Notes under the pieces: model-generated
What the model was told of the DNA's origin: nothing
Database searches by the model: none
Seen by the model: only the letters and a program-made list of their open reading frames with translations
Source: Octopus vulgaris
Taxonomy: Eukaryota
Reading direction: 5' to 3'
DNA: 64,000 bases
NCBI GenBank assembly: GCA_951406725.2
Contig: OX597836.1
Location: 49,476,001 to 49,540,000 of the forward strand
In this document: positions 14,560 to 26,970 of the stretch, one piece after another
How positions within the stretch are numbered: position 1 is the stretch's first letter
How the letters are laid out: each line of letters starts with the position of its first letter
Made by a program: the position numbers and the translations under genes

Positions 14560-15241
14560 AGCTAACTTTAGGTTAATTAAAATAAGTTTGTGGCATATTT
14601 TAATTTCTAAAGTCAAATTCACTGCAGTTACTGTGACCGGGGAGTAAAAAATTCTCTCTTATGGCAAAAGGTATAATAACAACATCAGCCCAGTGTTGCC
14701 CTCTGTCGGATTCCCAGACGCAGCGTTTTTGACACTATAGCCTTGGCTGGTGTGACTCTTGGCAGGTTTAAAGCCGTAATTTTAACTAAAAAAAAAACAA
14801 TCAACAACATTGACTGAATGGCACGGCTGGACCGCTCGGTCGGAAGGAATTCAACAGAATCTTCTTCGCCAAGCAACGTTTAGACATAAGCAAACCTCCG
14901 GTTAGTTAAACTATATTTGTGGCGTATTTCAGCTTCTAAAGGCAAATTCACTATATTTACCGTGGAAAAAGATCTCTCTCTTATGGTAAAAGGTGTAAAA
15001 ACACCTTATCTGAACAATGTTGCATTCTACGATATTTCCCATTCAGAATGGTTAAAGAGACAGAAACGCTGCGTCTAGGTAAATGACAGAGGGCAACACT
15101 GGGCAGATATGGTGTTTCTACACCTTTCACCAAAAATAAAAAAAGAATATTTTTCTCCATAGCAACTGCAGTGAATTTGCCTTCAAAAGTTAAAATATGT
15201 TACAAACATATTTTCACTAAGTCAAACCTAAAGTTCGCTTA
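14558..15241. mobile_element. MITE-like element with ~170-bp imperfect inverted arms and an internal direct copy of the left arm (~14888-15010)
   Basis: cccagtgttgccctctgtc..cagacgcagcgttt versus aaacgctgcgtct..gacagagggcaacactggg; flanked by TA repeats. Confidence 0.65.
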
Positions 15242-15304
15242 TATGTGTATATATTTGTATGTATATATATGTATATGTGAGTATATTTATGCATATATAG
15301 TTCG

Positions 15305-15393
<89 letters not shown>

Positions 15394-15597
15394 TATATAC
15401 ATACATATATATATATGTATATATATATACATATATATACATATATATACATATATATATACATATATATGCATATATATATACATATATATACATATAT
15501 TACATATTTATACATATATGCATACATACATACATACATACATACATAGATACATACATACATACATATATATACATATATATATACATATCTATAT

Positions 15598-15628
<31 letters not shown>

Positions 15629-15808
15629 TATATATACACACGCACATATATATATACACATATATAGTTCATTTTATATATATATTTAGTTCGCTTATGC
15701 CTAACCACTACTTGGCGTTGATACTGCTGTAATATGTATATATATATGTGCGTGTGTGTGTATGTGTGTGTGTGTGTGTATGTATATGTATATATGTATG
15801 TATATATG

Positions 15809-15873
<65 letters not shown>

Positions 15874-16092
15874 ATATAAAGATTTTGTTGCAAAAAAATA
15901 CTTGATGCAGCCACAATATTTGGAGAAAGATTTTCTTAAAAGATATTAACTACTTCAAAAAAAATGTTTAAAAAGCGAAATGACACGAACCTTTTGGGAA
16001 CGAAAACTTAATTCCAAAAGATTCATGTCTTTCTATTTTCTAAGATGTTTTTTTTAAATAATTAATATCTTTTAAGAAAATCTTTCTTCATA

Positions 16093-16202
<110 letters not shown>

Positions 16203-16980
16203 GAAACGTTGATGACACACGACTTTTATGACAAAGCCATAAACTATGACAGAGATTTTTCTTTTATGGGGACGATGCACCAGCACAGGTCGACCAACAT
16301 GAATCCTTTTAGTACCGAGCATTAAATTCGAACTTCTTTCAGCTTCCATCGACAGTCGTGTTTATTCCAATTCCACTGTATTATTTAAAGATTAGTAATA
16401 ACTGAAATATTATATTGTTACATTTTCAAAATTTCACATCTGATAATGACGCTTCGAGCTGTTGTCACACATCAAAATATAACAATAGTTACACCTCATC
16501 GTGGTGAATGTGAGGACTGCTGGGTGGAGGAGGGTGGCGTTCGTGGATCCATGCGGAAGTGAATTGTGATTTTAAGCAAGAACGAAACGAACGATTATCT
16601 CTCGACTGTCACGATGGCAATATCTACAACATAAATGCCATATTAATATAAATGGTGTTTTATCTTAGAACAACATTGTTATGGCTTGGAAATTCCTCCT
16701 CAATACATTCATACATATTTGCATACATGCACAGATTCACAATCAAACATATATATACGTACATATACGCATACATACATTTATGCATACGCATATTTTC
16801 ACATGCACACATACAGATGCATATATATGTAAATATATATGCATAATTATGTACATAGATACATACATACGTATATGTATATATAAATACACTCTCTCTT
16901 CTATCTTTAATTAAATTCTTCCTCAGAGGAAGGATGGCGCTCTGTATCTTTGTATGCATATATGTATGAATGTATATATA

Positions 16981-17014
<34 letters not shown>

Positions 17015-17212
17015 CATGCGTGTATGTATTATGTCATTATTCAGTTTTATTTCAAGATTTCTTGTCTATAGAGAAGGAGCCGGTTTCTAACCTAAATCCA
17101 AGGCTCCTTCATTGGAATTTCAGCATCAACAGGGTATTGTTGTATATATGTATATGTGCAACGTATGTATTCTCATGCATCTAGTTGCATATCTAGACGT
17201 GTTCATAAATAT

Positions 17213-17465
17213 TTAAATGATGAACTCCTGGTAAATTTTTACAGTTCCAGTGATGGATTGGATCTGTACTCTTCGAATCAGCTTTCTCCTTTCTGGTTTT
17301 GAGAAGCCTAATTTCTCAAGATTGGTATTTAGGCAGTGTGTTATATATCCCAGAGCCCCAATAATTACAGTTATAAACCCGAACTTGTAATCTGGATAGA
17401 ATAACTGCAGATTTCTCAATAATTCAGCATAGGTGTTCTCTTTTTCAATGATCTTCAGCTTTGTT
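17213..17465 (-). mobile_element. Fragment of a restriction-like-endonuclease (RLE) LINE, C-terminal region
   Basis: EKENTYAELLRNLQ..YPDYKF..ITVIIGALG resembles the K..KY..L / P.IIGALG tail of R4/HERO-like elements. Confidence 0.6.
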
Positions 17466-17490
17466 AGCATCCGCCGGGCAGCTAATATGC

Positions 17491-17523
<33 letters not shown>

Positions 17524-17569
17524 TGTATGTATGTATGTATGTATGTATGTATGTATTCATTATTTTATA

Positions 17570-18055
17570 GTTTTCCTCTTGGCATAATCTACAGAATTTA
17601 TTGTTAATTTTGTAACAAGGTGCATGTGCTAAAATGTTCCATTTGATTGTGAAGTTAACTTTGTTTTACTGAGATACATGGTTCGCGATTCTTAATTTAA
17701 TCCAATTGTGCGTCGATCCTGTGTTATTATTGTTGTCTGATATACTATATTTTTTTCTACTGTAATCTCTGTCTAACTTGCATGTATTTGGGTCTCTGCA
17801 ATTACGGTTTATATTTTGTGTAGATAATGAAATATTATTATTCTTTGTTAATTTTTAGAAGTTATTGTGAGTAAGGGTATTTATATTGCTATTTATACTA
17901 TTATGTTCTACTTTTTTGTTGTGTGCTTTAGTATCAATTTCTATATCTAATGTTTTTAAAGTTTTTATTCATAATTATTCTTATAGATTTGATAAAATTA
18001 GTCTTTAATTGTTTAGCGAAAGGTATTATGATCCATGTGATTTTATCTGGGTCTA
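17570..18055 (-). mobile_element. Degenerate PLE ORF fragment (Naiad-like linker and GIY-YIG region)
   Basis: Minus-strand remnants KITWIIIPFAKQLKTNF and NCRDPNTCKLD parallel the better-preserved fragment at 62690-63300. Confidence 0.5.
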
Positions 18056-18095
18056 CCTAAGTGTGACCGGGAGACTGAATATACAAGTACCCTAA

Positions 18096-18219
18096 ATTGC
18101 CTGAGGAGATACATATATAGATCTCCTTATACAGGTAAATCGTTAAATAGTTTAATTTAAACTCAACTTTAAATCCTGTATATACGAGGATCTGTATGTA
18201 TCGAAACATTTGTAGCGAT
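18096..18219 (+). ncRNA. Type I hammerhead ribozyme, canonical core, long stem II
   Basis: Stem I ATTGC/GCGAT; CTGAGGA at 18101-18107; stem II GATACATA..AGATC / GATCTGTATGTATC; GAAA at 18203-18206; short stem III ACA-tt-TGT; GUA site at 18212-18214. Confidence 0.75.
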
Positions 18220-18434
18220 TAAAAAGCTGCCTAACCGAACTTACTCTTCCGTTTGACTCTTTTATTTTTTACTTTTTACTTTTTATTTTCACTCACGAGG
18301 AATACCTGAGACTAGAATTGGTAGCATACCATAAGAATACTACCGGCTGTTTGGGAATTCTAAGGGTGAACGTGCTCTATTTGTACTCCTATACGTTCTT
18401 AACAGAACACACCTCAGCTACATATACATATATA

Positions 18435-18467
<33 letters not shown>

Positions 18468-18500
18468 ATTTATGTATGAATGCATGTATATATATATGTG

Positions 18501-18540
<40 letters not shown>

Positions 18541-18652
18541 CTTATATATACATACAGAGATATATGTAAATAAGCATATATATGTATTTGTATACGTATA
18601 TAGATATGCATATATATGTATCCATATATATATGTGTGTATATATATATAAA

Positions 18653-18682
<30 letters not shown>

Positions 18683-18685
<3 letters not shown>

Positions 18686-19489
18686 GATATATATATATAT
18701 GGGTGTGTGTGATTGTGTATAGAAGAATATATTAATAAAAAGAATTCCAACCTTGTCTGATTTTCACGTTTTATTTACAATCTTATAATGATATATTATA
18801 AGATAATATATTATAATTGAATAAAATAAAATGAAATAGTAGAATGTTAAATATTCATTCTGATTGAACTAGTACTTTCATGCATTGAATTCTGCAATCT
18901 TCGGGTTCATGTAGTAGTGTTGACAGTCATGCTTCACAATTTTTGACTGTAGCAAGATGAGTGATTCTGTGCTATAAATACAGCTGGGTAGGCTCCAGAG
19001 TGCTAGGTTTTGCAAACTGTATTCTGACCAATCAGTGTGTAGTATCACTCAATTACTTAAGCTGATTGGTTGGTTGAGCTGATTGGTTTAGGCATCATGC
19101 TTTGTTGGACAGGTCAAGAGTCCTGTATCTTGACCCTGGCCGAAGCAGCAATTGTTGGGTTATTTTTAGAAATGTTGTAAATATCCTTTGTCAGAGATTT
19201 TTATATTTTTATATTTCAATTGTCATCATCATCATTGTCAGCACCTTGATTATTGTTGCTAGTGGTGATGGTGGTGGCAATAGAACTTTTAACCCTAAAT
19301 AAGATAATTTTCCTGCTATCTTCGTCTTGATCACCTTTAGTATTGTTGTTGTTGTTAGTGGTCATGGTCGTAGCAGTGGAAGTAATACCTCTAAGTATTA
19401 TTATTATTGCTTATTTAGCTTGGGTTCGAATTTATCAATAAAATTCTTTTCTCTGATTTTCCTCTCGATTTCACTTGGGCTGTGTAATT
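18683..19489 (-). repeat. 3' pseudo-LTR of the PLE
   Basis: Direct repeat of 22951-23757. Confidence 0.92.
18865..18909 (-). ncRNA. Minimal PLE-type hammerhead motif in the 3' pLTR (identical copy at 23133-23177)
   Basis: TGAAC-CCGAAGA-tTGCA gaattcaa TGCAt-GAAA-GTAC-TA-GTTCA: stem I TGAAC/GTTCA, palindromic stem III AGTACT; the core reads CCGAAGA instead of CUGANGA. Confidence 0.65.
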
Positions 19490-21707
19490 TGTAGAATGGA
19501 AATATTATATATATTTTCCGACCACATGTTGCTAGGTGGTTACTCAAAGGTATCTGACGGACCTCTGGGTCTCTAATCTGTTGCCGGTGTACACGTGAGC
19601 GTTCTAATAGTGCGTTTCCCGTCTGACCTACATATATTTCTTCACAATTTGGGCATTTGATGCAGTAAATTAAATTTCTGCTTTTGCAGTTCATATTCGC
19701 GTTTGTGAATATTTTCCCGGTTTTTGTGTTTATATATTGACCGGTATGTATGAATTGGCATGTGCCACATCGGCTATCATTGCATTTAGATACCGTGAAT
19801 GTTTGGTCTTTGTTGCTGAGGTCAAATTTTGCCTTTGTTAGTAATGTTTTCAAGTTTTTAGGCTGTCTTTTACTAAGCACCATAGCTCGATCCTTGATTA
19901 TGTCTTTTAATTCATTACTTTGGGCAATGATTGGAAGGTTTGCTTTGGCAATGTTGAAGATATTCTGGTGACATGGGTTGTGTGTCACTATGAATGGTAT
20001 GACTTGTTCTTGTTTTCCTCTTCCTTGGGTCGTCCTAAGTTGTTGTATAGGTATTTTTATAGCCCGCTGTATGCCATTTTCTATAAGTAGAGATGGGTAT
20101 TTTTGTTTGAGCAAAAATTCTCTTAGTTCTATTAGGCGTTTGTTCCTGATATTTGCATCTTCTACAATAGTACAAATTCTTCTGGCTAGGCAGTATGGTA
20201 TGTTACGTTTTGTATGTGGTGGATGGCACGACTTAAAATTTAGGTATTGATGTGTGTCTGTGTGTTTATAGTATATATCTGTGGTGATGGTGGTGTCTTT
20301 TTTAATTACCATTATATCCAGGAATGGTAATTTGGTACTACTCATCTCCTTTGTAAATTTGAGAGATGGGTGTAGGTTGTTCAGGAGGATATTGAACTCT
20401 TCCAGAGTATTTAGAGATTCTGTCCAGATTATGAAACAGTCGTCTAGGTATCTCTTCCATGCCTTTTCAATATACTTTCTAAATCCAGTGCCATAGTTTA
20501 CCTCCACCTCTTGGTAGAGTTGTTCTTCTAAGTATCCCATTACAGAGTTGGCGTAAACGGGAGCAAACCTCGTTCCCATCGCCGTGCCTCTAATTTGGAT
20601 GTAATTCTTTCCATTGAAGAAGAATGTGTTATTTTCTAGAATAAGTTTGACTGTGTCTAATATAAATGGCACTGTGAATCTGCTGGGAATCACTTCTCTA
20701 TGTTTTTCTAACCAGTATTTAATCGCCTTTATTCCTAAATCGTGTGGAATATTGGTGTAGAGGCTTACCACATCAAAACTTAGCAAAACTGAATTTGTTT
20801 CTGTTGTTTTGGGAAGATGGGACAGGAAGTCGATGTCATCCCTGATGAAACTTGGTATGTAAGTACATAGTGGTTTCAAAACAATGTCAATAAAATTGCT
20901 TAGACGGTGTGTAGGGCATGCTGGACCAGCTATAATAGGTCTAAGTTTTAGGTCTTTTGGATGTAATAATTTTATGTACTCACTTTCTTGTTCTTTTACT
21001 GCCTGTTGAATGTTTTTTGATTTGTGTATTTTTGGTAAGCCGTAGAAGTTGCTGGGTTTTGGTTCAAAATTGGTGATGTAGTCTTTTTCATTATCCGTAA
21101 GTGAGTTGTGGTGTGTTGAAATCAGGTTGTTGATCTTTTTCATGATGTGGTGGTCTATATTTGCGGGTATTTCACAATAGAAGGTTGTATCCTTCAGTTG
21201 GTCTTCAACCAAATCCTATTATTCGGTATCCATAATAACAATTGCACCACCTTTATCTGCTTGTTTAATTATTATTGTTTGATCGTTTTGTATACGTTTA
21301 CATGCAGACATCTCTGATTTGCTAATGTTTGGCCTAACATTGGTATTGCGTCTAAGGGGAAATTTAGACAGGATATCAATGTATTGGTCAAGGTAGTTAT
21401 TTCTTCCTTTTGGTGGGGTGAAATTTGATTTATTCCTTACTAGGGATTCATCAATCTCATTACTTTTGTTAGCGAAGAATTCTACAAGTCGTAATTTTCG
21501 ACAGAATTTTTGGATATCCTCCTTTAATTCTTGGTGGTTGGCTGTTGGTGTAGGTGTGAATTTCAGTCCTTTTGACAGAAGTTGGATTTCATCATTGTCA
21601 AGATCTCTTTTTGATAAATTAATTATTTTAGGATCTATACGTTCAGTTGTTTGGGGTATGTTTCCTCTTGGATTTTTTCTTTCTCCGGTGTTTGTTGTCC
21701 TGACGTA
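19404..21707 (-). pseudogene. PLE ORF2: reverse transcriptase + Cys-rich linker + GIY-YIG endonuclease, with two adjacent in-frame stops at 21216-21221
   Basis: LSKGLKFTPTP, ADKGGAIVIM, FYGLPKIHK, FDVVSLYTNIP, GTAMG, RYLDDCF, LPFLD, CNDSRCGTC, IYCIKCPNC..IYVGQT; the frame is continuous across TAA TAG. Confidence 0.92.
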
Positions 21708-22927
21708 AAAAAATGGATTTTTTTCTGGTTATGATTTATATTCCTGTTGATGTTTGCTTGATGAATTTTGCGTTTTGGTTGTGGTACTTTACTTGGTTTC
21801 GTTATGTTTTCTGTCTTGTTTTTGGTATTATGTATGCTACTTTTCAATTTCTTGTTAGCATTGTTTTTAACCACCTGGAGAAATGATCTGGGTTTACTTC
21901 TAGATCTAGATCGGTTTTTTGTCCAGTTTCTTGTGGGTAATCTCTGTTGAGGTCTTGAAAATGATCTCCTGTTATTTCTACTGCTAATGGTCTGTACAAA
22001 ACAATATCTATTTTGTTTGTGCTTTTTGTTCATGTTGTGTGCATTAGGGTGTTTGCATACAAAATGGGAAGAGTTCTTACCGTAGTTCGTCTTCGATTCG
22101 TGGTGAAACGGGTGTTCATGTTGCCACGTGTTCTGGTGTATGTTGCGTTGGTGAGGTTGTCCACTTTTAATGCTATTTCTCGGAGTTCTGGTGTCTTTAC
22201 CGTAATTTGTAGCATATTTGTCGAGAAATAATTGTTTCCGCTGCCAAAACTTTCTTGATCTGCTTTCTTCTTTTGAGATATCTCTGATCCATAGTTCTCG
22301 CATTTTTTCTGCTATATTGCCGGTCGTTAGTTTGGATATTTCATCTCTGATTTGATCATCGATAGCTTCGTATTTGGCTTTGTAGCGGGATTGTTTAGAC
22401 AGGGTAATGGAGATGTCGGTCCTGAATTTTATCAAACTAAGGTCCCATCGAAGTTTAGTTTCTTCCTCTGGTTCTCCTGCAATTTCTTTAATTAGGTACT
22501 TCCGAGGAAGTATGGGTGCCGCTAAAGATATCCATTTCGAATGTATTTCAGCATATTTTTCGCATTTATATGCCTTCCAGAAGTTTTGTTTTCTTATGTT
22601 AAGGAGTTTTTTCCATGTCTTCTGTATCTCTTCTCTTTTTCGGTGTGCCTCTTTTTCCAGATTTCTTTCGTTTATTTCTGACATCCAAGGAGGTTGTGGT
22701 AGGCTTTCTCTTGTAGATTTTATAATTGTTGGTATCATTTCAGCTAAATTCTTAATTTCAGAGTTTATGTGTTCATTTCCAAGTTTTCCGTCTGTAGACT
22801 GTTTTTCTATTTCCTTTAAAATAGAGGATTGTGTGTCAATCATCGTGATGAGTGTTGATAATTTCGATGAAATTTCCATTAGAATTCTTTCGGATTCTGT
22901 TAATTTTGTTTGTTGCTTTCCAGACAT
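21635..22927 (-). CDS. PLE upstream ORF1 (430 aa; helical, coiled-coil-like N-terminus and basic C-terminus)
   Basis: Open ATG-initiated frame directly downstream of the 5' pLTR, overlapping the ORF2 frame. Confidence 0.75.
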   Translation of the reverse strand: MSGKQQTKLTESERILMEISSKLSTLITMIDTQSSILKEIEKQSTDGKLGNEHINSEIKNLAEMIPTIIKSTRESLPQPPWMSEINERNLEKEAHRKREEIQKTWKKLLNIRKQNFWKAYKCEKYAEIHSKWISLAAPILPRKYLIKEIAGEPEEETKLRWDLSLIKFRTDISITLSKQSRYKAKYEAIDDQIRDEISKLTTGNIAEKMRELWIRDISKEESRSRKFWQRKQLFLDKYATNYGKDTRTPRNSIKSGQPHQRNIHQNTWQHEHPFHHESKTNYGKNSSHFVCKHPNAHNMNKKHKQNRYCFVQTISSRNNRRSFSRPQQRLPTRNWTKNRSRSRSKPRSFLQVVKNNANKKLKSSIHNTKNKTENITKPSKVPQPKRKIHQANINRNINHNQKKIHFFTSGQQTPEKEKIQEETYPKQLNV

Positions 22928-22950
22928 GTTGGCATATACACAATAGGAAT

Positions 22951-23756
22951 ATAGATATATATATATATGGGTGTGTGTGATTGTGTATAGAAGAATATAT
23001 TAATAAAAAGAATTCCAACCTTGTCTGTTTTTCACGTTTTATTTACAATCTTATAATGATATATTATAAGATAATATATTATAATTGAATAAAATAAAAT
23101 GAAATAGTAGAATGTTAAATATTCATTCTGATTGAACTAGTACTTTCATGCATTGAATTCTGCAATCTTCGGGTTCATGTAGTAGTGTTGACAGTCATGC
23201 TTCACAATTTTTGACTGTAGCAAGATGAGTGATTCTGTGCTATAAATACAGCTGGGTAGGCTCCAGAGTGCTAGGTTTTGCAAACTGTATTCTGACCAAT
23301 CAGTGTGTAGTATCACTCAATTACTTAAGCTGATTGGTTGGTTGAGCTGATTGGTTTAGGCATCATGCTTTGTTGGACAGGTCAAGAGTCCTGTATCTTG
23401 ACCCTGGCCGAAGCAGCAATTGTTGGGTTATTTTTAGAAATGTTGTAAATATCCTTTGTCAGAGATTTTTATATTTTTATATTTCAATTGTCATCATCAT
23501 CATTGTCAGCACCTTGATTATTGTTGCTAGTGGTGATGGTGGTGGCAATAGAACTTTTAACCCTAAATAAGATAATTTTCCTGCTATCTTCGTCTTGATC
23601 ACCTTTAGTATTGTTGTTGTTGTTAGTGGTCATGGTCGTAGCAGTGGAAGTAATACCTCTAAGTATTATTATTATTGCTTATTTAGCTTGGGTTCGAATT
23701 TATCAATAAAATTCTTTTCTCTGATTTTCCTCTCGATTTCACTTGGGCTGTGTAAT

Positions 23757-23757
<1 letters not shown>
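22951..23757 (-). repeat. 5' pseudo-LTR of the PLE
   Basis: Direct repeat of 18683-19489; begins within the last codons of the GIY-YIG domain. Confidence 0.92.
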
Positions 23758-23811
<54 letters not shown>

Positions 23812-24352
23812 GTATATACATATATGTATGTGTGCATGTATGTGTATGTGTGTTTGTATCTATGTATGCAGACATGTACACACAAATATGTATTTGTCTA
23901 TGTGCGTAGAATTATTATTCTTGCATATGTTCTCTAAATCTGAATGCAATTATTTGAAGAAATATTTCTATTCGTCGCAGAATTCCGTTTCTCGTGGAAT
24001 CGAATTCGTACACTTTCACATGATGGTAACCTGTTCGTTCCACAAAGTTCCCATCGATAATCCAATTTGATGTTTTCCAAGAAATAGTCGTAGACAAATA
24101 TTATAACCCAATTTCTCGAAAAATGAAACATGCTTTACATCAAAAATATACTTACCAAATATCTATCTTTTATTTTCCATCATTAGACTGTGGCCATGCT
24201 GGAGCACTGCCTTGAGGAATTTTATGTCAGAAGAATGAATCGACTCCGGTACTTATTTATTTTAAATCATATTCTATCGCTCTCTGCTGTCGAACTGCTA
24301 GGTTATGGGGGCGTAAACACACCAACAAACGTAAACACAAAGACACACAAAT

Positions 24353-24398
<46 letters not shown>

Positions 24399-24400
<2 letters not shown>

Positions 24401-24805
24401 TTTACTCTTTTACTTGTTTCAGTCATTTGACTGCGGCCATGCTGGAGCACCGCCTTTTTTAGTCGAGCAAATCGACCCCAGGACTTATTCTTTGTAAGCC
24501 CAGTACTTATTCTATCGGTCTCTTTTGCCGAACCGCAAAGTGACGGGGACGTAAACAATCAGCATCGGTTGTCAAGCAATGCTAGGGGGACAAACGCAGA
24601 CACACAAACACATACACACATATATATATATATATACATATATACGACAGGCTTCTTTCAGTTTCCGTCTACCAAATCCACTCACAAGGCATTGGTCGGC
24701 CCGGGGCTATAGCAGAAGACACTTGCCCAAGATGCCACGCAGTGGACTGAACCCGGAACAATGTGATTGGTTAGCAAGCTACTTACCACACAGCCACTCC
24801 TGCGC

Positions 24806-24806
<1 letters not shown>
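24399..24806 (-). mobile_element. tRNA-derived CORE-type SINE (octopus OR2-like), full length; partial older copy at ~24170-24345
   Basis: Head GGCGCAGGAGTGGCTGTGTGGTAAG (A box) ... GGGTTCAGTCC (B box), CORE-like TTGGGCAAGTGTCTT, (AAAAGAGT)n tail. Confidence 0.85.
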
Positions 24807-24861
<55 letters not shown>

Positions 24862-25029
24862 CCTGGTGGTTACCGCCCGTTGACGAGGGACAACAATCCC
24901 GAAACTAGTTATGAACTAAGTGATATGATATATATGTAAAAAATGTAATATATAAATAAATATCTGTAAATACAAACCATCCGATCTTCTGATTACCTCA
25001 TTTCTTCTAATATATATATATATATAGCG

Positions 25030-25221
25030 AATACCTATACCCCCACGACGCTCCGGCAGGGGGTGGTGGTGATCCCAGCTGTACTCTTTCGCCACAACTT
25101 TCTCTCTTTCTTCTGTTGGCCTGCTCGCTTAGCCAGCGGGGTGGCGTCATTTGAAGGCTAAAACAATGCGAAGCGCATTGTGACCAGCGATGTGATAGCC
25201 TGGTCGGTCACGGTGATCACG

Positions 25222-25225
<4 letters not shown>
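25030..25225 (+). mobile_element. 3' end of a retroposon with a (CACGGTGAT)n tail; a short reverse copy lies at ~37903-37945
   Basis: gatagcctggtcggtcacggtgatcacggtgat corresponds to catcacgtgatcacgtgaccgactaggctatc on the opposite strand. Confidence 0.5.
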
Positions 25226-25266
<41 letters not shown>

Positions 25267-25449
25267 GCATTATTTACATTCGACGGATATTTGTCCTCAT
25301 CTTGTTTGTTGTTAACACAACGTTTCGGCTGATATACCTCAAGATTCCTAGTTCGATTCCAAGCAATGACTTGAACAATAACAATAATAATAATAATAAC
25401 ATCGAAAAAATACCTTAGCAATGAGAACCCAAGTTCGAAATTTCCCGAA

Positions 25450-25495
25450 GACACCTGAAGAAGGCTGGAGGGTATATCAGCCGAAACGTTGTTTC
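25450..25495 (+). ncRNA. PLE-type hammerhead motif, with an inverted partial copy at 25315-25340
   Basis: GACAC-CTGAAGA-a-GGCTG gagggtatat CAGCC-GAAA-CG-TT-GTTTC; the inverted copy keeps GTGT, complementary to ACAC. Confidence 0.65.
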
Positions 25496-26140
25496 AATTG
25501 TAATGTGCTTGGTCAGAGATTGATCTTTTGTCGGTGCGGTATTATCACAGAGAAGGTCGGTGCTGAATGCTTCCGATAAATCTGCGGCGGTTCTCTTCTA
25601 AAGCTAATGTGTCAATACGGTCTTCAACGGGGATCAACGTGTTTTGGGGTCAGGGAAATTGAAAAAGGAACGAAATTCAAGACTTGAATGTAAAGATGGA
25701 AGCATTAGCATAATAAGGCAGTAATTTGGGGAACACCAGTTCGTTGCGTGGGGGGAGGGTGTATGTGTGTGTGTGTATATATGCACGCGTGTGTGTGTGT
25801 GTTTATATATATGTGTGTATGTATGTGTGTGTGTGTATATATATGTGTGTATGTGTGTGTATATATATGTGTGTAAGTGTGTGTGTGTATGTGTGTATGT
25901 GGTGTATGTGTGTGTATGTGTGTGTATGTTCGTGTGTATGTATGTATATATATATGTGTGTATGTGTGTATGTGTGCGTGTGTATGCGCGTGTGTATGTG
26001 TGTGTATATATATGTGTGTATGTATGTGTGTGTGTGTGTGTGTATGTGTGTGTGTATATGTGCGTGTGTATGTGTGTATATATATATATGTGTATGTGTG
26101 TATGTGTGTATGTGTGTATATGTGTGTGTGCGTGTGTGCG

Positions 26141-26180
<40 letters not shown>

Positions 26181-26877
26181 CACGTTTTCACAAAGCTATT
26201 TCATCGGAAATGCCTGCTTCGAATTGCGATGCTCACAAATGCAGCCTCTCGTTCCGTGCCTCATAAAAACCTGATTTGTTCAAATGTGTTATTCGTGGAA
26301 ATTTCCGTGTAATCGAATTCGTGTGCTGTTATAAGGTCGCAACCCTGTCGATCTCAGAAGATTCCATTTAATAAGAAAATACGACAAGCCATAAATATAA
26401 TATAATATAGGACAAACCAGCCAGAGAAGGGAAGTGTATGGGAAAGCATGCTGGACAAAAAATAGAAGAGAGTGTGACTGAACAGAACGTATATGGAGAC
26501 ATTTGTTGGTGAATAAATTCTTAAAGACGACTGAAAGAGACGGAATACAATAAATAAATAGATAAATAAATAAAATGTTATCGTGAAAAATGGAAAGAAT
26601 TTGTGGCGGCATCAAAACAGAAAATATTAAATATGAACGCATGCAAGTAAAAAATATACATAAAGAAGGTAACCAAGAGTTTTTAATAAGTCAGTGTGGG
26701 TGGCCATGTCGTTTGAAACCCGTATGTGATACTTCTTTGCGTTCAAGAGACACTATATGTATGTAAACCCTTAATTATTTAGTATTACTTAAACCTTCCT
26801 TGAATGGGGCCGAACTCTACTTGGTGAAATTAATGATTATTTCTAAATTAATTAATTGGTTTCACCCTTTATTATTG

Positions 26878-26970
<93 letters not shown>

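Larger units (their letters stand above)
18683..23757 (-). mobile_element. Near full-length Penelope-like retroelement (Neptune-like) in partial-tandem arrangement
   Basis: RT + Cys linker + GIY-YIG ORF, an upstream ORF, and ~807-bp near-identical direct repeats at offset 4268 that include the ORF 3' end; flanked by (TA)n. Confidence 0.95.

Noticed and set aside
19102-23570. Duplicated 66-aa ORF MLDRSRVLYLDPG (19102-19302 and 23370-23570)
   Set aside because: Antisense by-product of the duplicated pLTR
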